From contig CP170459.1 in assembly GCA_047947115.1 (NCBI GenBank), positions 2,336,001-2,400,000 on the forward strand: a stretch of DNA of 64,000 nt. Direction: 5' to 3'. The notes beneath the pieces are model-generated. The model did not search any database, was not told the origin of the DNA, and saw only the letters and a list, made by a program, of their open reading frames with translations. Shown in pieces: positions 59,954 through 64,000 of this stretch. Each line of letters begins with the position of its first letter. The first letter of the stretch is position 1. The stretch is from Verrucomicrobiota bacterium. Lineage in GTDB: Bacteria; Verrucomicrobiota; Verrucomicrobiia; Limisphaerales; AAA164-E04. Both the position numbers and the translations under genes were made by a program.

Positions 59954-60031
59954 CGGGGCGTAGCGCAGCCCGGCTAGCGCGCCTGGATCGGGACCAGGAG
60001 GTCGGGAGTTCGAATCTCCCCGCCCCGACCA
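59954..60031 (+). tRNA. tRNA-Pro (CGG)
   Basis: CGGGGCG/CGCCCCG acceptor, CCTGG-ATCGGGA-CCAGG anticodon arm, TTCGAAT T loop and ACCA end. Confidence 0.95.
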
Positions 60032-60049
60032 TTCCTTCTTGCAGCCGGT

Positions 60050-60799
60050 TCAGGGGTTTGACCGGTTCTCGTCCTGGGAAAGTTCGTAGGTGTAAAGGTA
60101 TTTGTCTTTGTTGACCCATTTGGCACTGCCGTCGCACATCTGGAAATTAGTGCCTGCGTCCCCGTGATTATCGTTCGGGTCGGGAAAATTGTTTTGTGCG
60201 CCTGGGCCCTGTCCGTCTCCGTCAAAGATCAGGTAGATGTCCGTTGGACCGACGACCTGACCACGTAAATCAAAGGCGCGACTTTTATGCACCCAGCTCA
60301 AAACCGTCCGGTCCGTTTTACGAGTCGTGAAGTTCATGAACGCATTGATTTCATAGCTCACACCACGCAGATCGTTTTCGCGAGTGCGTGAGCTTTGCAT
60401 GCGTTTGTAATCAGCCTGGCGTCGCAAATCTTCCAGGACGGTTCTGCCTCCGACTCTGACCGTGTTTGTTCCGATGTAATTCTGGGTGGATGGGCAGACA
60501 AAAACGGATTTGGCGTTTGCCGAGGGGATGTATTCGGGGTTCAACCATGACAGATCATCGCTGCCATCCGTTGGGGTGCCCGCCAGCCAGCCTTTGTCGT
60601 TGTCTTGAGAATACATCATGGAGCCCAGCCCCATCTGTTTGAGGTTGTTCAGGCAACTGATCCGTCGGACTTTCTCTTTCGCCTTGGATAAGGCGGGCAG
60701 CAGCATGCCTGCCAGGATGGCGATGATGGCGATAACGACCAGTAGTTCGATTAAGGTGAAACCGCGGTTTTGAGGGAGACTGGAAAGTGATGTTTTCAT
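60050..60799 (-). CDS. prepilin-type N-terminal / H-X9-DG domain protein
   Basis: [35 protein letters not shown] and H...N..CDG motifs. Confidence 0.9.
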   Translation of the reverse strand: MKTSLSSLPQNRGFTLIELLVVIAIIAILAGMLLPALSKAKEKVRRISCLNNLKQMGLGSMMYSQDNDKGWLAGTPTDGSDDLSWLNPEYIPSANAKSVFVCPSTQNYIGTNTVRVGGRTVLEDLRRQADYKRMQSSRTRENDLRGVSYEINAFMNFTTRKTDRTVLSWVHKSRAFDLRGQVVGPTDIYLIFDGDGQGPGAQNNFPDPNDNHGDAGTNFQMCDGSAKWVNKDKYLYTYELSQDENRSNP

Positions 60800-60913
60800 C
60801 TTTGATGGTTCATTCTGGTTGCTTTTAACATGAAAGACCATCTTTTTTTGCCGAAATGGATTTGCTCTGGTCCAGGTGCTGGGCAGGGGGGAGGGGGGGC
60901 GAATGAGCGCGCT

Positions 60914-61066
60914 TCATTCCTCATCGACACTTTGATCTTCGCTGAGACGCTGAAACAGGGTTTTGATGTCTCGAAAACCACCGATCGTGACCCAGACAGC
61001 CATTCCGGCAAAAAGGGTGATCGAACCAAAAAAGAGTATTGTCCAAAGCGTTTTCCACATATTCAT
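60914..61066 (-). CDS. small membrane protein (50 aa), probable SSS transporter partner; below the ORF-track cutoff
   Basis: MNMWKTLWTILFFGSITLFAGMAVWVTIGGFRDIKTLFQRLSEDQSVDEE; single TM; starts 18 nt after the symporter stop. Confidence 0.7.
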   Translation of the reverse strand: MNMWKTLWTILFFGSITLFAGMAVWVTIGGFRDIKTLFQRLSEDQSVDEE

Positions 61067-61084
61067 TTTGTCTGGATTAAAGAG

Positions 61085-62680
61085 TTAAGCTTCGATTGGT
61101 TTGGTTGATTGTGTTTTGGGTTTGTCGGGAAAGAGTAGCGAGCCTGCGACAAACACGACCATGGTGAAAGCCACTGTCATCAACCCGACTTCATCTCCGC
61201 TGAGGTATTGAACATCTTCGTTCGTTTTAGGATCCACCCACTTGAGTCCAACCAAACGTTGCACGGGGTCCAGTCCCAGCAATGCCGTCATTCCGCTCAG
61301 CAAAGCGAGAAAAGCCCCTGTGGAGCTGGCTCCTTTCCAGTATAGCCCGCCAATCAGAAGTGAAAATGCCCCGGTGAAATATATGGCCCCTGTCACTGCC
61401 ATGTAATCCCAGATGTCGTCGCCTCCCTCATAGATGAGGCCCCAATAAAGGATGTACAATCCAATGACCACAATCAGAATGCGCGTCCACTTGATGCGGC
61501 TGGCGGTTGAAAAATTCTTGCCCCGGATGGGCGCGATGATGTCCTGGGTGATGACCGAACTCCAGCAGAGCAGATAGCTGTCATGAGTGGACATGAAGGC
61601 TGCGATCATGGCGGCGGTGATGATGCCGATGAGCCCGACGGGTAAAACGCGTCCGAGAAAGATCGGCATGGCGTAGAGATTGTTGACGGGTTCCACATTC
61701 GGATCGGTCGGAAGGAAAAGTTCCTGCAGATCAGGTGCGCTGGTTGTGAAATATACCAACGCACAGATGCCCCAGAAATATGGAATGATAAACCGGATCA
61801 TGAAGGAGAGGGAGGACCACATGTATTGTTTCTTGACCGCCTTGGTGCTTTCCATGGCCAGGGCGCGTGCGACCGCTGTGGGCCAGATGGCGCAACTGAC
61901 CAGTCCTGCGGTGAAAAACATCCATGCCACATAAGACCACCCAAACCCGCTGCCTTCCATCAGCGGATTGAAACCTTCTTCACCTTTTAATTCCTGCACC
62001 GTGTTGACAATGTTTTCCCATCCCAGTTGGTTCAGGCACACAACGGTTGCCGCCAGGATGCCGAAAGACAGAACGACGAATTGAATGTAATCCGTAACGA
62101 TCACGGAAATCATGCCACCCATGACGGTGTAAACGAGCACCAATGCCAGCAGCACCGTCATGACGGCAGGTAACGCCCGGCTGTCCTGCGACATGCCAGT
62201 AATGCCCACCACAAACATGGATCCCACCTTGAGGAAAAGCCCCATATTCAGGATGCCGCCAAACGCCAGCATCACTCCTCCAAGGATACGTGTCTTGCGA
62301 TCAAACCGTCTTTCATAAAACTCAGGGATTGTAAGGACTTTCAGGTCGCGCAATCGGCAGACAATAAATCCGGTGGCTCCGACAATGAACGTTACGATTG
62401 CCGCCGCGAGAGCGATGTGAAACGCGGCAAAACCTCCTGTAAACCCCTTCTGTGAACTGTACATCACCGTGATCAAACCCATCTCCGTCCCGGTCATGGT
62501 GGCGATCCCCAAACAGGTGCCTATGGCTCGGCCTGCGCCCAGGTAAGTCGTCATGTTTCGGACGTATTTCTTCACAAACAACCCGATCAAGACCGAGATG
62601 GACAAATAAAGTACCACCAAAATCCAGTCCAATGTGCTGAAATTGGTATGGCTCAGTGCCTCTGTAAAAGAATTTTCCAT
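61085..62680 (-). CDS. sodium:solute symporter family protein
   Basis: YLGAGR, TIPEFYERRF, YTVMGGMISVIVTDYIQF and AAFMST motifs; 13-14 TM. Confidence 0.93.
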   Translation of the reverse strand: MENSFTEALSHTNFSTLDWILVVLYLSISVLIGLFVKKYVRNMTTYLGAGRAIGTCLGIATMTGTEMGLITVMYSSQKGFTGGFAAFHIALAAAIVTFIVGATGFIVCRLRDLKVLTIPEFYERRFDRKTRILGGVMLAFGGILNMGLFLKVGSMFVVGITGMSQDSRALPAVMTVLLALVLVYTVMGGMISVIVTDYIQFVVLSFGILAATVVCLNQLGWENIVNTVQELKGEEGFNPLMEGSGFGWSYVAWMFFTAGLVSCAIWPTAVARALAMESTKAVKKQYMWSSLSFMIRFIIPYFWGICALVYFTTSAPDLQELFLPTDPNVEPVNNLYAMPIFLGRVLPVGLIGIITAAMIAAFMSTHDSYLLCWSSVITQDIIAPIRGKNFSTASRIKWTRILIVVIGLYILYWGLIYEGGDDIWDYMAVTGAIYFTGAFSLLIGGLYWKGASSTGAFLALLSGMTALLGLDPVQRLVGLKWVDPKTNEDVQYLSGDEVGLMTVAFTMVVFVAGSLLFPDKPKTQSTKPIEA

Positions 62681-62941
62681 GGTGATTGGGGGGCATTGTT
62701 CATGGTTTGGGCGATATATACCAGCCTGATTTTTGGAAGAAAAAGCCACCACGGTTTTAAAAGGCGTGAGCTTTGATTTCGTGGATGTGTTTTTCAACGC
62801 AGGGTGTGGTGATTTGTTCGTTATAACGGGACTTTCACAGTCATCTTGGATCATTTTCGTGAAAACAGGCATTGAATATGCTGACTTCAATCGGATTTGC
62901 GTGAAGTTGCATCTTGGTTTATCACAAACAACGAGAAGATC

Positions 62942-63550
62942 ATGAACACAAGGATGATGCCAAAGACCGGTCAAAAGGCGGGACTCGGGGGGATGACCAT
63001 GATTGAAATCCTGGTAGTGATGGCGATCATCGCCATTCTGGCCGCCATGTTGTTACCTGCGGCAGGGAATGCAATGGAACATGCTCGCAGGACGGTATGC
63101 CGTCATAATTTGAGGCAGGTGCACTTGCTGGTGATGGCTCATGCCTCTGAGAATGGCGGTCTGCTGCCGATGGCTCAGGGCATGATGCCAGGTCAGCCTC
63201 TACCTTTGGGGCAGCCGATGCGCATTATTGCGCAGGCCATATCCACAGGGCCCGAAGAAAAAGTGATGCATTGTCCGAGCGATCGGCGGAAGTTTGCTTC
63301 CGGCCAGAGTGATTTCAGTTTTTACTGGAATGGAAAATCGTTAGGGCAGCGGACCGATCTCCTGCTTTCATCCAGCCGTCTGGCCAGTGAGAAATGGTTT
63401 TGGCATGATCGGTCCCAGCCGAAACGCTATCAATACACAACGACCTACCTGGGCAAAGCCACCACGCTGTTGGGGGACGGCAGCACGCATTATGAGAACG
63501 TGCCGTTGCCGTTGCTGACAAATCGAGTTGAGGCTTCCGGCAATGATTAG
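62942..63550 (+). CDS. prepilin-type N-terminal / H-X9-DG-like protein
   Basis: [36 protein letters not shown] and LLGDGS motifs. Confidence 0.85.
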   Translation: MNTRMMPKTGQKAGLGGMTMIEILVVMAIIAILAAMLLPAAGNAMEHARRTVCRHNLRQVHLLVMAHASENGGLLPMAQGMMPGQPLPLGQPMRIIAQAISTGPEEKVMHCPSDRRKFASGQSDFSFYWNGKSLGQRTDLLLSSSRLASEKWFWHDRSQPKRYQYTTTYLGKATTLLGDGSTHYENVPLPLLTNRVEASGND

Positions 63551-63619
63551 GAGCGGGCAGCAGCTTTTTTTGATTGAACAATTACAGGTAATCCAAAGAA
63601 TACCGATGGAAACGAATCA

Positions 63620-64000
63620 ATGGAAGTGGATAACCATGAGAACAGGGGTGAGGTCTCTCAGGCGAGTTTGACGGGATGGAAGGCAGATCCCAATCTTCTC
63701 GGCATGATGGATGCCGCCGAGCTTGGTTTTTTATTGTTGGATACGAAGCTCAAGATTCGCTTTTTTCCAGTCAGGCATTGGAAATCTACACCATTGAAGA
63801 AAGGGATATCGGAAACGATTTCTTTAAAATTGCCGCCCGAATTCCTCAGGACGATTCACTTGAATTAGCGACCTTGGCGTTGCAAGCAGGTAAAAAGATC
63901 AGGGAAAAGAAAGTCACCATTTCCAATGGCAAGGTTTACCTGAGGCGCGTCTTCCCATACCGGGCCAAGGATGGTGAAATGTTGGGAGTCTTGCTCAGTT
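63620..64000 (+). pseudogene. PAS-domain protein (CheB/CheR-type PAS) with a frameshift in a T6 run; runs off the window
   Basis: FLLLDTKLKIRFF continues, after adding one T at 63761-63766, as SSQALEIY...DIG...YLRRVFPYRAKDGEMLGVLL. Confidence 0.65.

Noticed and set aside
59986..59993. Unusual A32 in the tRNA-Pro anticodon loop as a sign of a recoding tRNA
   Set aside because: The loop is the normal 7 nt with U33 and G37 and all stems are intact, so there is no support for altered decoding.

Overview
Bacterial chromosomal window, most likely from a Verrucomicrobiota/PVC genome. This is an inference from gene content: H-X9-DG prepilin-like proteins, sulfatase, CotH, ThuA-like and FG-GAP proteins, and a T2SS-like operon. 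From left to right it contains: (1) the end of a cbb3-type oxidase-like operon, with a subunit I paralogue lacking the heme/Cu histidines, a CcoO-like subunit carrying an inserted ribosomal L7/L12 C-terminal-like domain, and a cytochrome c; (2) ispF; (3) tRNA-Sec followed by a tyrosine integrase and an eroded AT-rich island that runs head-on into a truncated Ser/Thr kinase; (4) accessory hydrolases and a tspO-uvsE light/UV cluster; (5) an IS4-family insertion; (6) a REP-associated tyrosine transposase flanked by paired GTAG palindromes; (7) a type II secretion operon with a split secretin and an ISL3 insertion; (8) kdsD, clpP, dnaX-ybaB-recR, ggt, tRNA-Pro, an SSS transporter and pilin-like genes. 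The best hidden signal is a 71-codon membrane microprotein at 50876-50661 (minus strand), absent from the ORF track, with an in-frame UGA followed at once by an fdhF-like SECIS hairpin: a candidate selenoprotein. At least eight genes look disrupted. All family assignments are from motif recognition by eye, not database searches.
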